Translations under genes and position numbers: made by a program | The notes under the pieces: model-generated | The model's database searches: none | What the model was told of the DNA's origin: nothing | The model's input: only the letters and a program-made list of their open reading frames with translations | Shown here: positions 1-12,125 of the stretch, one piece after another | Layout: each line of letters starts with the position of its first letter | How positions within the stretch are numbered: position 1 is the first letter of the stretch | Assembly: GCA_052387695.1 (NCBI GenBank) | Contig: JBQTIX010000044.1 | Span: forward strand, 54,620 to 118,619 | Source of the DNA: Panacagrimonas sp. | GTDB taxonomy: Bacteria; Pseudomonadota; Gammaproteobacteria; Nevskiales; Nevskiaceae | DNA: 64,000 nt | Direction: 5' to 3'

Positions 1-246
1 TGACCCAGGCATACGCCGAGGATCGGGAATTTGCCCTGTAACTGCGCGATCAGGTCCAGGCACACGCCGGCCTCGTTGGGCGTGCACGGTCCCGGGGAGA
101 GCACGATGTGGCTGGGCTTGCGTGCCGCCACCTCGTCCACCGTGATCTGGTCGTTGCGATGCACCTCGACCTCCGCCCCCAGCTCTCCGAGGTACTGCAC
201 GAGGTTGTAGGTGAAAGAATCGTAGTTATCGATCATGAGGATCATA
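1..246 (-). CDS. Glutamine amidotransferase, anthranilate synthase / aminodeoxychorismate synthase component II (TrpG/PabA family). N-terminal 82 aa lie in the window; the gene continues past the window start.
   Basis: Reverse translation of 1-246 gives [81 protein letters not shown], near-identical in pattern to E. coli PabA/TrpG N-terminus (class I GATase, GVCLG catalytic Cys). Confidence 0.85.
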
Positions 247-526
247 TTGGCGCCTAGAGCTTTGAATATATTGATTTGTACCCGCCGTTATCTGGGTCGG
301 ATACGCCCTTCGATACCCCCACGCTACTTCATCGCAGAGGGCAGTTGCTCAAGGGTGAGTCGCCAGCGATTCATGTCGAAAAAGGCCGAAACGTAAAGAC
401 CCCGTCATGTTACCCGTGGCTTCGGCGATGCGATACGACTGCGCAACACGGCCCTGCATCGGGCGGGCGCTTGGAATGGTCCGTCTGAGTCGGCCCCGTT
501 CGGGCCTGCAAGGGGCCGCCCCATCC

Positions 527-712
527 GGTAGTGCATCAGTATGAAATCCGTTCGCACCGAGTGGTAGCGCCGCGACAGCGGCACTGATTGCGCAGCAATG
601 CTGCGTATCGAGGTGCCGGGCGTGCCCTTGATACGCGACGCTTCCCTCGGTACGCCCGCTGCGCGGCTACTCGGGCCGAACGGAGTTCTGGAATTCAAAC
701 TGATGCACTACC
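527..712. mobile_element. MITE-like non-autonomous element, copy 1 (~186 bp) with terminal inverted repeats GGTAGTGCATCAGT...ACTGATGCACTACC; flanked by 8-bp direct repeat CCCCATCC.
   Basis: Near-identical copies at ~7489-7677 (inverted) and ~47903-48094. The termini are reverse complements. The same 8 bp (CCCCATCC) occurs immediately outside both ends, as for a target-site duplication. The ORFs the track shows here (405-698, 588-815, 598-1944) run through the repeat in all copies and are judged spurious. Confidence 0.75.
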
Positions 713-811
713 CCCCATCCTCATGCAGAGGCGGCCCGATCGCGGGGCCGTGGCCTTTTGGTCCGCTCATCCGGACAATGGCGCTCCTGTTCGCTGCCGC
801 GCTCCAGACCC

Positions 812-1992
<1,181 letters not shown>

Positions 1993-1996
<4 letters not shown>

Positions 1997-4900
1997 ACGA
2001 CCAGCGTCCTGCTCCGGTGCACGTCCCCGGGCCCACTGCCTTGCGCGCGGTACTGGGCGGGGCATTTGCCAAGGGCATGGATTACGCGCGTCGCGGGCAG
2101 GTCCTGGGCGTGTGGTGGGAGACGCCCGCCGGACCCCTGGCGGCGCGTGTGCAGGGGACCGAGGACGAGCCCTACCAGTGCCGGATCACCTGGTCCGACC
2201 TGAAGGGGCGGCTGGAGGTGGAAGGTGAATGCAGTTGCCCGGTCGGATTCAACTGCAAGCACGTTGCAGCCGCGCTGATCCAGGCCAACATCCGGCCGCC
2301 ATCGGACCACCCGCCGGACGAGGCGGAGGTGCCGCCGCCGGTGCTGTCGATGCACGCGCCCGACCAGAGGATGGAGCCGGATTGGCAGCGACAGGTTCGT
2401 CAGCCCTTTCCCGGCGCGCCGCCGCGCGCCAGCCGCAGCCCGTTCGAACGGTGGAGGGATGCGCTCAAGTCCGCGGTCGAGCCGGGAAGATCGGCTGCGC
2501 CGCCACCGGATGTGCCGGAACGGTTGCTGTACCTGTTGTCGCCCGACCCCGACGTCCCGGTGCCGCGCGGGGTGCAGGTGCAGCCGGTGGTGGCGCGAGC
2601 GCTCAAGGGGGGCGGCTTCAGCACGCCCAAGCCGCTGAACAACGGTCCCGAAAGTCAGGCGCGCTACGTGACGGACGGGGATCGGCGTCTGCTGTCCCTG
2701 ATGCGGGCGCAGCAGTCGCCTGGCGCCGGATTTCGCGTCGAGCAGGACTGGGGCGTGGAGTTGTTGCGCAAACTGCTCGACAGCGGGCGTTGCCACTGGC
2801 TCGATGTGAACACCCCCGCGCTCAGGTCCGGACCGGAACGCCGCGGACAATTCATGTGGGACCTGGGCGCCGACGCGCACAGCCGGCCGCGGCTCGACGT
2901 GCCGAATTCGGCCGCGGTACTGCCGCTTGCGCCGCCCTGGTATGTCGATACGCGCGCGCAGCTCGCCGGTCCCGTCGAGACTGGACTACCGCCGGGAGTC
3001 TGCTGCCAGTTGTTGCTGGCGCCGCCGCTGGCGCCCGCCGATGCAACGCAACTGCTGGCCGATTGGGGAGCGGCGCTGGGTGAGTGGTCGCAGGCCGTGC
3101 CGGCCCCGCCGCAACCGCGGATCGACCGGCGCAAGGGAATCAAGCCGGTGCCGGTGTTCGAACTCTCGCGCACCTTGCTGCGCCGGTACTACGGGCCGGA
3201 AGAATGGTTCGACGTGGGACGGCTGAGTTTCGACTACGACGGCGTGCGCGCCCCGCCCGGCGGCGCCGACCAGGCCCTGATGCAGGTCGATGGCGATCGC
3301 GTGATCGAGATCACGCGATCGCCGGACCGCGAGAACAAGGCCAGTCAGAACCTGCGCTCGATCGGAATTCTTCCGATGCAGGACGACTACGGCCGGCCGA
3401 TGCCCTACTGGGTGCCCAATCCCACCGTCGGCCGCGCCGGATGGATCGACTTTCTCGCCGTGCAGGCGCCGAAGCTGCGTGAGAAGGGCTGGCGCATCGA
3501 GGTCGCGGAGGATTTCCCCTGGCGCCTGCATGAGCCGGATGACATCTGGGACGCAGACATCGAGGAGGGTCGTGACTGGTTTGACCTAGCGCTCGACGTG
3601 ATGGTCGATGGGACGCGCACGAAGCTGCTGCCCTTGCTGGTGGCGCTGCTCCACCAGACCTCGGACCGGCTCGACCTGCCCAGGCTCAAGGCCCTGTCCG
3701 ACGACGCTCCGGTCGTGATCCGCGACGAACACGGCCGCCTGATCCGCCTGCCCGCGGGGCGCATCAAGCCGATCCTCGGCACCCTGCTGGAGCTGTACGA
3801 CGAGCGACCGCTCAGCGCCGACGGCCGCCTGCGCCTGCCGCGCAACGCCGGCATGCTGCTCGACGGTCTGGGCGAACACCTGCGTTACTCCGGCGGCGGG
3901 ACCGTGCGCGAACTGGCGGAGCGGCTGCGCGGCGTCTCCGGCCTGGACCCGGTGGAGCCGCCCGCCGGTCTCCAGGGCGAACTGCGTGATTACCAGCGTC
4001 ACGGCCTGTCCTGGTTGCAGTTCCTGCGGCGCATGGACCTGGCCGGGGTGCTGGCCGACGACATGGGCCTGGGCAAGACCGTGCAGACCCTCGCGCACGT
4101 TCTGCTCGAAAAAGAACAAGGCCGGCTGGATCGGCCGGCGCTGGTGATCGCCCCGACCAGCCTGATGTTCAACTGGCGCCGCGAGGCCGGACGCTTTGCC
4201 CCCGCGCTGCGCGTGCTGGTGCTGCATGGGCTGGATCGCCGACGGGATTTCGAGCGCATCACCGAACACGATCTGGTGCTGAGCACCTATCCACTGCTGG
4301 CGCGCGACATCGAGGTACTGAAGGCGCAGCCCTGGCATCTGCTCGTGCTCGACGAGGCGCAGAACATCAAGAACGCCAAGTCCAAATCGGCACAACTGGT
4401 GGCGCAACTCGACACGCGGCATCGGCTGGCGCTCACCGGCACGCCGCTGGAGAATCATCTCGGCGAACTGTGGTCGCTGTTCCATTTCCTGATGCCGGGT
4501 TATCTGGCCGACGAGCGCGCGTTCCGCCGCCGCTTCCGCACGCCGATCGAGAAACACGGCGACGCCGAAGTCCGCACGCAACTCGCTCGCAGGATCGCGC
4601 CTTTTCTGCTGCGCCGGACCAAGCAGGAAGTCGCCTCGGAACTGCCGCCGCGCACCGAGATCATCCGCAGCGTCGCGCTCGAAGGCGCCCAGCGCGATCT
4701 GTACGAAACCGTGCGCGCAGCGATGCAGGAAAAGGTGCGGCGCGAGATCGAACAGCGCGGCCTGGCGCGTTCACAGATCGTCGTGCTCGATGCCCTGCTG
4801 AAACTGCGCCAGATCTGTTGCGATCCGCGTCTGCTGAAAATGGAATCGGCCAGGTCCGTGCGCGAATCGGCCAAGCTGGATTTGCTGATGAACCTGCTGC

Positions 4901-5379
4901 CGGAAATGCTCGACGAGGGCCGGCGCGTGCTGTTGTTCTCGCAATTCACCTCGATGCTGGCCCTGATCGAAGAAGAGTTGAAGGCGCGCGGCATCGCCTA
5001 CCTGAAACTCACCGGCGACACCAAGGACCGACAGAGCCTGGTGGATCGCTTTCAGAAGCAGGAAGTGCCGTTGTTCCTGATCAGCCTCAAGGCCGGCGGC
5101 GTGGGCCTCAACCTCACCGCCGCCGACACCGTGATCCACTACGACCCCTGGTGGAATCCCGCCGTCGAGAACCAGGCTACGGACCGTGCGCACCGCATCG
5201 GCCAGGACAAGCCGGTGTTCGTCTACAAGCTCTACACGGAGAACACGGTCGAAGAGAAGATCGCCGCGCTTCAGGCGGTCAAGCGCGAACTGGCAGATGC
5301 GCTGTTTGGAGAGGGCACCGCCGGCACGATCAAGCTCGACGGCGAGACACTGGCGAAGCTGTTCGATCCGCTGGCCTGA
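1993..5379 (+). CDS. SNF2-family DNA/RNA helicase with N-terminal SWIM zinc finger
   Basis: N-terminus has SWIM-like CxCxnCxH (CRITW...[15 protein letters not shown]). C-terminal half has SNF2 motifs I ([14 protein letters not shown]) and II ([11 protein letters not shown]), plus helicase C ([47 protein letters not shown]). The track start is TTG at 1993, overlapping the pgk stop; the true start may be the ATG at ~2068 (MDYARRGQ). Confidence 0.9.
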
Positions 5380-5524
5380 GGTGCGTGGAGGTCCGGTATT
5401 CGGCCGTGCGCTCCTGGGTCGGCCCGGACCGGGTCGGGCGAATCCGCCGAAGCGGACGACGTATGCCCCGCGTGATACGTTTCCGCACCCTCTCACGACG
5501 ACCAAGAGGACGGGGGAATCGGGG

Positions 5525-6355
5525 ATGCGCATCAACCATAAGCAGAGCGCGGGCCTTGTCCTGCTGGCGGTAGGGGCCTTGTCGGGCTGCGCCGCGATCC
5601 AGGAGGTTCGGCAGGAGGTGCAGCAGAGCGAGGTGTTTCGCGATGCCCGCGACATGGTCGGCAAAGCGGTCAACACCCTCAGCGGCGAAGCCAAGGCGAT
5701 CAAGCAACGCATGCAGCGTTATGTCAAGGACAAAGCGCTGCTGGAAAAATTTCACGACGCTGCCGCGCACAGCGAGTCCGCATTGCTGTCGGTCCTGCAC
5801 CAATCCCGCCTTCCCGCCAGCGGCCAGACCGGGGGCGACGGCAAACCGGGCACCCGTCCCGGCGCGTCGCCGCGCAGGCGCACCGAGTTTCCGCTGCCGG
5901 AGAAGTATTCCGGCGATATGCGCTGGCCGCTCGATGCCGGCATCGTCAGCTCCGAGTACGGCGCCCGCTGGGGCAAGGCGCACAAGGGCATCGATATCGC
6001 GGCGGACGTCGGCGAGCCGGTGCACGCGGTGGCCGACGGCGTGGTGATCTACGCCGACGACAAGATGAGCGGCTACGGCAACGTGGTGATCCTGCAACAC
6101 GACGATCAGACCACCACGTTCTACGCCCACAACAGCGAGATGAAGGTCGCCGCAGACATGCCGGTCAAGCGCGGCGAAGTGATCGCCCTGGTCGGCAACA
6201 CCGGCCGTTCCACCGGACCCCACACCCACTTCGAGATCCGGGTCGGCGACGAGGCGGTCGATCCGCGCACCCTGCTACCGGAAAAGAAAAAGTTCGCAGA
6301 AGACGGAAATATTGCCGAAGACCCGGACGACGCGCCCGCAGCAGCCCCGCGATAA
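5525..6355 (+). CDS. M23-family metallopeptidase lipoprotein (NlpD/LytM-like, no LysM)
   Basis: Start MRINHKQSAGLVLLAVGALSGCAA (lipoprotein signal + lipobox Cys). M23 motifs HKGIDIAADVGEPV, YGNVVILQH and HTHFEIR. Internal start chosen within ORF 5186-6355. Confidence 0.85.
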   Translation: MRINHKQSAGLVLLAVGALSGCAAIQEVRQEVQQSEVFRDARDMVGKAVNTLSGEAKAIKQRMQRYVKDKALLEKFHDAAAHSESALLSVLHQSRLPASGQTGGDGKPGTRPGASPRRRTEFPLPEKYSGDMRWPLDAGIVSSEYGARWGKAHKGIDIAADVGEPVHAVADGVVIYADDKMSGYGNVVILQHDDQTTTFYAHNSEMKVAADMPVKRGEVIALVGNTGRSTGPHTHFEIRVGDEAVDPRTLLPEKKKFAEDGNIAEDPDDAPAAAPR

Positions 6356-6686
6356 GCCTTGCCCTACCCCTCGGACTAAAGACATCAACATGAGCCGGGC
6401 GATTCAGCGTCGTGCGCGGTGCCAGACCCGTGCCCACGAACACCATGTCGAACCGCTGCGCGGGACGTTCCCGCGGATCGGTTTGTGATGTCTGTTTCCT
6501 CTCCTCCTTCTATCGAGATGCTGCTGGAAGTCCTGCCCCGCCCTGCGTGGTGCTCGTAGTGCGGGATGAGGATGGCGACCCCGATGTTAGCGGGCTAGGT
6601 TCGTCCTGAAAGTCCCCACCCGGGATCGGTAGATGCATGTTGACCGTGGCACGCGGTCCAAGGAAGTCGGTGGCGCGCGCGGGCAA

Positions 6687-7328
6687 TCAACCCGGAGGCC
6701 GAAAGAAGCTGGCGATAAACCTCACCAGCGCATCGCGGTCCTTGAGTCCCATCATGCTGTGCGAGATCTGCTCATCGATCAGCAGCGACGACATGCCGTG
6801 AACCAGGCACCAGGAGGCGATCACACCCCCCCCGATCACCATCGGATTGCCGTTCTTGCCCACGATTCCGGCGACGACCCGGAACAGGTACGAGATACCT
6901 TCCGCAAATGCGGCATTCGTGGTCTGGCTCATATTGCCGCCGACGGCGAGGCGTCGCCCGGGGAGTGCGCGCGGTCCCATCATGAGGCCGTAAAGGCCCG
7001 GCTCGGTGCAGGCAAACCGGATGTAGCCCTGTGCCATGGCGACGGACTGCTCCATGGGATCGGTGCTGGATTCGAAACCGGCCTTCATCGCGTCCCGCAG
7101 CAGTTGGTCGCCCTCCGCCGCGATGGCCGAGAACAGGTCCTTCATGTCCGCGAAATGCGTATACGGCGCCGTCTGCGAAACCCCGGCGCGCCGCGCAACC
7201 CCGCGAAGGCTCAGGCCCTCGATGCCTTCCTTGCGAAGCATCTCGAGGCCGGCACGGACCAGCGCCGCCCGCAGATCGCCATGGTGGTAGCGATCTGGCG
7301 GCTTGCGGGTCGGGATTTTTCGGGCCAC
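6687..7328 (-). CDS. TetR/AcrR-family transcriptional regulator
   Basis: N-terminal HTH (GIEGLSLRGVARRAGVSQTAPYTHF) typical of TetR; 213 aa. Confidence 0.85.
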   Translation of the reverse strand: MARKIPTRKPPDRYHHGDLRAALVRAGLEMLRKEGIEGLSLRGVARRAGVSQTAPYTHFADMKDLFSAIAAEGDQLLRDAMKAGFESSTDPMEQSVAMAQGYIRFACTEPGLYGLMMGPRALPGRRLAVGGNMSQTTNAAFAEGISYLFRVVAGIVGKNGNPMVIGGGVIASWCLVHGMSSLLIDEQISHSMMGLKDRDALVRFIASFFRPPG

Positions 7329-7350
7329 TCGCTCTCCTGCGCGTCTATCT

Positions 7351-7391
7351 TGACACTGTCATCATTGCCGTTCTAGTCTTGACGCCGTCAA
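7351..7391. promoter_or_regulatory. Two operator-like palindromes, TGACAcTGTCA (~7351-7361) and TTGACGcCGTCAA (~7379-7391), in the promoter region of the TetR gene 6687-7328.
   Basis: Inverted repeats 23-63 bp upstream of the TetR start on the minus strand. TetR regulators typically bind such palindromes (autoregulation). Confidence 0.4.
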
Positions 7392-7488
7392 CATGTGGAA
7401 TTGCAGCTTATCGCGCTGACGACGAAGCGATGCGGGTGTGCGGAACCACAGCATATCGGACCACGCCGCAGGAACCCGCTCGGATTCC

Positions 7489-7677
7489 GGGTAGTGAGTC
7501 AGTTTGAATTTATTCGAACCGTTCATCCCGAGTAGCGCCGGCCCGTTCGTCCCGAGTAGCCGCGAAGCGGCGTATCGAGGGAAGCGCCGCGTATCGAGGG
7601 AGCGCCGGTGCCTCGATACGCACTGCGCTTCGCGCAGAGGCTACTCGGCACGAACGGAATTCAAACTGACCCACTAC
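7489..7677. mobile_element. MITE-like element copy 2, inverted relative to copy 1, flanked by GGATTC(C/T)G 8-bp direct repeat.
   Basis: Same family as 527-712; termini GGTAGTGAGTCAGTTTGAATT...AATTCAAACTGACCCACTACC. Flank GGATTCCG / GGATTCTG. Confidence 0.75.
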
Positions 7678-7740
7678 CGGATTCTGCATGCCTCCACGCC
7701 ACGCCATGACGCTCGATAAAACCAGGAAGGAGGGAAACGA

Positions 7741-10146
7741 ATGCTGACATCACCTTATGCGGCTGCGGCCGTCTTGCTCGGAGCGTGGTCGTTCGGGTTC
7801 TGCGCCGCGGCCGAAGAGACGTCACCGGCCGACGCTGAAGGGGATGCCCCGGCCTTGCCGTCGGGATTGCTCGAAACGATTCCGGTGGAGGTCCCCTCCC
7901 CGGACATTGTCGAAAAAAGTGAGGCCGAAAACACCGCGACGTCAGCCCGCATCGACGAGATCGTGGTCAGCGCACAGAAGCGCGAGGAGAACGTTCGCGA
8001 CGTTCCCATTTCAATCCAGGCGTTTGGAGGCGAAGACCTCGCAGCGCGAGGCATCGAGAACACCAGACAGCTCGATCGCGTCGTGCCCAGCTTGCAGTTC
8101 GCGAGCATCGCCGCGTTCCCGCTGGTTTTCATTCGCGGCCTGGGATCGGACAATTTCGTTCCCTCGGCGGACCCGAGCATCGCGACCTACATCGACGGCA
8201 TCTATGTCCCGAACGGTGCCGCATCGGTTCACTCGCTATCCAACATCGGGAGAGTCGAAGTGCTGAAGGGTCCGCAGGGAACCCTGTTCGGGCGCAACGC
8301 GACCGGAGGCGCCATCAGCGTGGTGACACGGGAGCCGGGGGATGATTTCCAGACCTCCCTGGAAGGGCAGGTCGGCAACTTCGATACCCGTTCGATCAAG
8401 GGCAACCTGTCCGGTCCGCTCACCTCCTGGTTTTCCGCCGCGCTCTCGGGAGAAACCCAGCGCCGTGACGCCTACTACACCCATGTCACGGACGACCTGC
8501 CCGCCGATGAACTCGACGCGATTCGGCTGAAGCTGCTGTTCCGTCCTTCCGACGCCCTGTCGATCAGCCTGAGCGGCTACCGGTCGGAGCAGTCGGGGCT
8601 GTACGCCGTTCTGTACAAGAACGTCGACCCCAGTCTGCTCGGCAGCCTGGCCGGGATGCAGCCGCAGGAGGACAACTATGTCGGAGAGGGCGACGCTCCT
8701 TCTTCGACGGAAGCCAGCCAGAAATTGCTCTTCGGCACGCTGAGCTGGGAGTTGCCCTGGTTCGACCTGAAGCTGCTGGGCAGCGACCAGCGGCACCGCG
8801 GATCGGGAGAACTGGATTTCGATGGCTCGCCGTCGCCCGTCTCTGCCCTGACCGCGACGAATGTATTCACCGACCTTCGCACCGGAGAACTGCAACTGGT
8901 CTCCCACGATGAAAGCTGGGGGGCGACGCATTTCACCTGGGTAGCGGGCCTCTATTACCTTGAGAGCAGCGCCGGTTTCGATCCCGCCGTGGTGCAGATC
9001 GCGCCCGACTTCGTCGAATCGGCACTCGCGCTGACGGGTCTGCCGGTCCTGACCCAACTGGGCGCGCGGCTCGGCGAACTCTTCAACGCCTTCGGACTGC
9101 GGGCGACTCCGCTGGGCGATGGCGGGCTGTCGCTCCTGGCGCGCGGAGTTCTCGATACCCGCAGTTACTCGGCCTATGTGCAGGGAAGCTTCCATCTGAG
9201 CGACTGGATGGACCTGACCCTCGGCGGCAGGGCACAGCGCGAGAAGCGCTTTCTGACCCAGGCACAGACGGACCTGTCGGATTTCAGCGGCAATGGCAGC
9301 ACCACCGTGCTCCCGTTCGACCTGCAGAGCGCTCGCTCCTCGAACTTCTCGCCCAAGGCGGTCGTGAGCCTGCGGCCCGCACATGGGGCCATGGTCTACC
9401 TGTCGTACTCGGTGGCGTACAAGAGCGGGACGTACAACGTCGTCAATACCTACGTTGCGCCCAACTACATCGTGCCGGAGCGGGTCTATTCGGTGGAACT
9501 CGGGACCAAGCTGGAGTTCGCCGACGGCTCTGTTCGACTGGACGCGGCGCTGTTCGACAGCCACATCAGGAACCTGCAATCCGGATTCACCTCTCTGCTG
9601 TCTGGCGGAATCGTGCAGTTCTTCAGCGTACCCCGGGCGAGATCGCGGGGAGTGGAAGCGAATCTGAGCTGGATTCCGCTGCCCGTCTGGAATCCCGGTC
9701 TGGCGCTGACGCTCAACGCGGCCTATGTCGATGCGATCTACCAGGAGTTTCCGAACGGGCCGGGCTATGGCGAGACGCTCGGCCTCTACTCCGGGACAAT
9801 GGATCACAGCGGCAACCAGTTGACCCACACGCCCAGGCGGTCTGGCAATGTCGGTGTCGTGCAGAGGATCCCGCTTGGACAGGGCGTGCTGGAAGTCGCG
9901 ATGGACGACTACTACAACTCAAAAACGTATTCCACCGCACAGAACGGCGTGCCGCAGGAGAGCTTCGCGGTTCTCAACGGTCGCGTCGGCTATCTATATG
10001 CGCCGTGGAACCTGAGCCTGGTCCTGTTCGGACAGAACCTGTTGGACCGTCGTTACCATGTGTTGCGCGGGCCTACCGACTTCGGGCTCGAAAGCACGCT
10101 CGCTGCGCCGCGCCAATATGGAGTGCGGGTGGGCTGGCAGTTCTGA
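7741..10146 (+). CDS. TonB-dependent outer-membrane receptor
   Basis: Signal peptide, plug-domain motifs (IVVSAQKREENVRDVPISIQ), 801 aa, C-terminal aromatic residue (…RVGWQF) typical of TBDT barrels. Confidence 0.9.
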   Translation: MLTSPYAAAAVLLGAWSFGFCAAAEETSPADAEGDAPALPSGLLETIPVEVPSPDIVEKSEAENTATSARIDEIVVSAQKREENVRDVPISIQAFGGEDLAARGIENTRQLDRVVPSLQFASIAAFPLVFIRGLGSDNFVPSADPSIATYIDGIYVPNGAASVHSLSNIGRVEVLKGPQGTLFGRNATGGAISVVTREPGDDFQTSLEGQVGNFDTRSIKGNLSGPLTSWFSAALSGETQRRDAYYTHVTDDLPADELDAIRLKLLFRPSDALSISLSGYRSEQSGLYAVLYKNVDPSLLGSLAGMQPQEDNYVGEGDAPSSTEASQKLLFGTLSWELPWFDLKLLGSDQRHRGSGELDFDGSPSPVSALTATNVFTDLRTGELQLVSHDESWGATHFTWVAGLYYLESSAGFDPAVVQIAPDFVESALALTGLPVLTQLGARLGELFNAFGLRATPLGDGGLSLLARGVLDTRSYSAYVQGSFHLSDWMDLTLGGRAQREKRFLTQAQTDLSDFSGNGSTTVLPFDLQSARSSNFSPKAVVSLRPAHGAMVYLSYSVAYKSGTYNVVNTYVAPNYIVPERVYSVELGTKLEFADGSVRLDAALFDSHIRNLQSGFTSLLSGGIVQFFSVPRARSRGVEANLSWIPLPVWNPGLALTLNAAYVDAIYQEFPNGPGYGETLGLYSGTMDHSGNQLTHTPRRSGNVGVVQRIPLGQGVLEVAMDDYYNSKTYSTAQNGVPQESFAVLNGRVGYLYAPWNLSLVLFGQNLLDRRYHVLRGPTDFGLESTLAAPRQYGVRVGWQF

Positions 10147-10275
10147 TGGTCTCGTGAACGGCGATGCCGGGTGCGGCCTCTGCCATTCCTGGCTTGTGAT
10201 CAGACTTGCCACGTTCAGGAAGACGCGAAGGCGGCTCGCGCCGAACCCAGGCCTGATAAGCGATCTCCTCCTGCT

Positions 10276-11121
10276 TCAGAACGGACGGCCGGCGAAGAAC
10301 GCCCGCGCCACCCGGTTGAACTCTTCCGGCGCCTCGTACTGCGGCCAGTGCGCGCCATCGGCTTCCATCACGTAGAGCCGTGCATCCGGAAGGCGCCCGG
10401 CGGCGGCCCGGGCGGCCTCCATGTCATGGATCGGGTTGTCGCGCGTCCACAGCAGCATCGTCTCCTGACCGATCCGTTCCAGGGGCAGGAGGAACTCGTC
10501 GTGCCGCGGCAGCATGCGGTTGACCAGCGGCGTCACCTCGCGACCCTCGGGCATCAGGTAGAACCTCAGACGCAGGTTCACCATCTCGTCCGTGACCAGG
10601 TGATGGTTGTTGGGGTGGATCAGCCACGCGATGCGGTGCTTCACGCTCTCGAAGCTCGGTGCCAGGCCCGCCGCCTTCTTCGATCGTTCCATGAGGTCGA
10701 GCATGTCGGCGCGGCCTTTCTCGCTGACGATGGGAATCCCGGCGCCGGTATTGAGCATCACCCGCCCCGTACGCTCCGGATACTTCGTGGCGAAAAAGCC
10801 GGAAACCCAGCCGCCTAGAGACTCGCCCGAGAGATGGGCCTTGTCGATCTTCAGCGCATCCATCAGTTCCCGCACCTGCTCGGCGAGCACCGGCGGCGTG
10901 TACTCCATCGCCTTGCGCGTCGATAGCGCATGGCCGACATAGTCGAAGGCGATGCAGCGGAACTCGTCGGAAAGGGCGACGAGGTTCTTGCAGTAGGCCT
11001 CCAGGTGCCCGCCGATGCCGTGCTGGAACAGGATGACCGGCGCGTCCCTGGGGCCCGCCTCGGCGACGCGGATGCGACCGAAGCTCGCGGTGTCGACGTA
11101 GTGAATCGTGGTACCCAGCAT
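10276..11121 (-). CDS. Alpha/beta-fold hydrolase, meta-cleavage product (C-C bond) hydrolase-like (BphD/MhpC/HsaD family)
   Basis: MLGTTIHYVDTASFGRIRVAEAGPRDAPVILFQHGIGGHLEAY…; nucleophile elbow GESLGG; ~282 aa. Internal ATG 11121 chosen (the ORF 10276-11277 N-terminal extension overlaps the upstream TetR stop). Confidence 0.85.
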   Translation of the reverse strand: MLGTTIHYVDTASFGRIRVAEAGPRDAPVILFQHGIGGHLEAYCKNLVALSDEFRCIAFDYVGHALSTRKAMEYTPPVLAEQVRELMDALKIDKAHLSGESLGGWVSGFFATKYPERTGRVMLNTGAGIPIVSEKGRADMLDLMERSKKAAGLAPSFESVKHRIAWLIHPNNHHLVTDEMVNLRLRFYLMPEGREVTPLVNRMLPRHDEFLLPLERIGQETMLLWTRDNPIHDMEAARAAAGRLPDARLYVMEADGAHWPQYEAPEEFNRVARAFFAGRPF

Positions 11122-11135
11122 ATCGAGCCACAGGC

Positions 11136-11822
11136 TCACGAGCGTGCTCCTTTGAGTGTCTTGAGATGCCCGGCGAGAATCAGCTTCCACTCGTCGAGCA
11201 GTAGGCGGAACAGCGCGTCGTCGCGCTGCCACAGGGCGCGCACGGAGAAGCCGCGCACGATGCTGATCGTCAGCCACAGCACCTTTTCCGCCGTCGGCCG
11301 CGGCAGGCCCTGCGTGCAGAGAACGTCCAGCCAGGCCGCCTCGATGCCGAGCCGGCTGTTGCGGGTGTAGGCATAGATCTGATCGCGCAGGGCGCGGTCC
11401 TTGCTGCCGGCGAGCACCAGATCGAGCACGGTGGTGAAGTCCGGACCGAGAAAGAAATCCATGCAGTCCTGGATGATGGCTTCGATCGGATCGCCACCGC
11501 TGCGAGCCACGCGGGCACGTGCCTGTCCGCGTTCCAGGCCCTCGCGCATCAGGTTCTCGGCGGTGGCCAGCACCAGGCTGTCCTTGGTCGGGAAGTGGTA
11601 TTGCTGGGCGCCGCGCGAAACTTTCGCCACTCGGGCGACCTCGTCGGTGCGCAGACCCGCGTAACCCTTGCGACGCAGCACGGTCGCCGCCGCCGTGAGC
11701 ACCCGGCCGCGCATTTCATCGCTGCGCTCAGCCTGCGTGCGGCGCTTGGCCCGGACCGTCTTCACGGGGCGTGACCGACGGGGCAGCCCGGCGCCGTCCA
11801 GGACGGTCTCAGTACTCGACAT
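11136..11822 (-). CDS. TetR-family transcriptional regulator (within the dioxygenase operon)
   Basis: HTH region LRTDEVARVAKVSRGAQQYHFPTKDSL; 228 aa. Confidence 0.85.
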   Translation of the reverse strand: MSSTETVLDGAGLPRRSRPVKTVRAKRRTQAERSDEMRGRVLTAAATVLRRKGYAGLRTDEVARVAKVSRGAQQYHFPTKDSLVLATAENLMREGLERGQARARVARSGGDPIEAIIQDCMDFFLGPDFTTVLDLVLAGSKDRALRDQIYAYTRNSRLGIEAAWLDVLCTQGLPRPTAEKVLWLTISIVRGFSVRALWQRDDALFRLLLDEWKLILAGHLKTLKGARS

Positions 11823-12123
11823 GGATTCGCCCGTCGATGATTTTCACCGGGTAGGTACGCAGCGGCTCGCTGCACGGCGAGATGTTCGCCACGCCGGTCG
11901 CGATATCGAAGCCGCAGAAGTGCCAGCCGCAGATCACGTTCGTGCCGTCGATCATGCCGTCCTCCGACAGCGAGGCGGCCTCGTGGGTGCAGGTATCGTC
12001 GGTGACGTAGTAGCCGCCGTTGAGATGGTAGATCGCGATCCTGGTGCCGTCCGGCAGCACCGCATTCTTGATTTCGCCTTCGAACAGTTCTTCGGCCGGG
12101 AGGAGGGGATGGAGGGTGGACAT
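11809..12123 (-). CDS. Rieske [2Fe-2S] ferredoxin component of a ring-hydroxylating dioxygenase
   Basis: 104 aa with CTHEAASLSEDG…ICGWHFCGFD (CxH…CxxH Rieske ligands). Confidence 0.85.
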   Translation of the reverse strand: MSTLHPLLPAEELFEGEIKNAVLPDGTRIAIYHLNGGYYVTDDTCTHEAASLSEDGMIDGTNVICGWHFCGFDIATGVANISPCSEPLRTYPVKIIDGRIHVEY

Positions 12124-12125
12124 GA

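Noticed and set aside
2229-5712. Multiple 80-370 aa ORFs inside and antisense to the SNF2 helicase gene (e.g. 2229-3083, 3586-4581 -, 4470-5573, 4771-5712 -)
   Set aside because: Nested in or antisense to a gene with continuous helicase motifs. Arg/Ala-rich composition typical of GC-rich non-coding frames.
8236-9828. 530-aa minus-strand ORF antisense to the TonB-dependent receptor
   Set aside because: Entirely antisense to a receptor gene with signal peptide, plug and C-terminal Phe. No motifs of its own.
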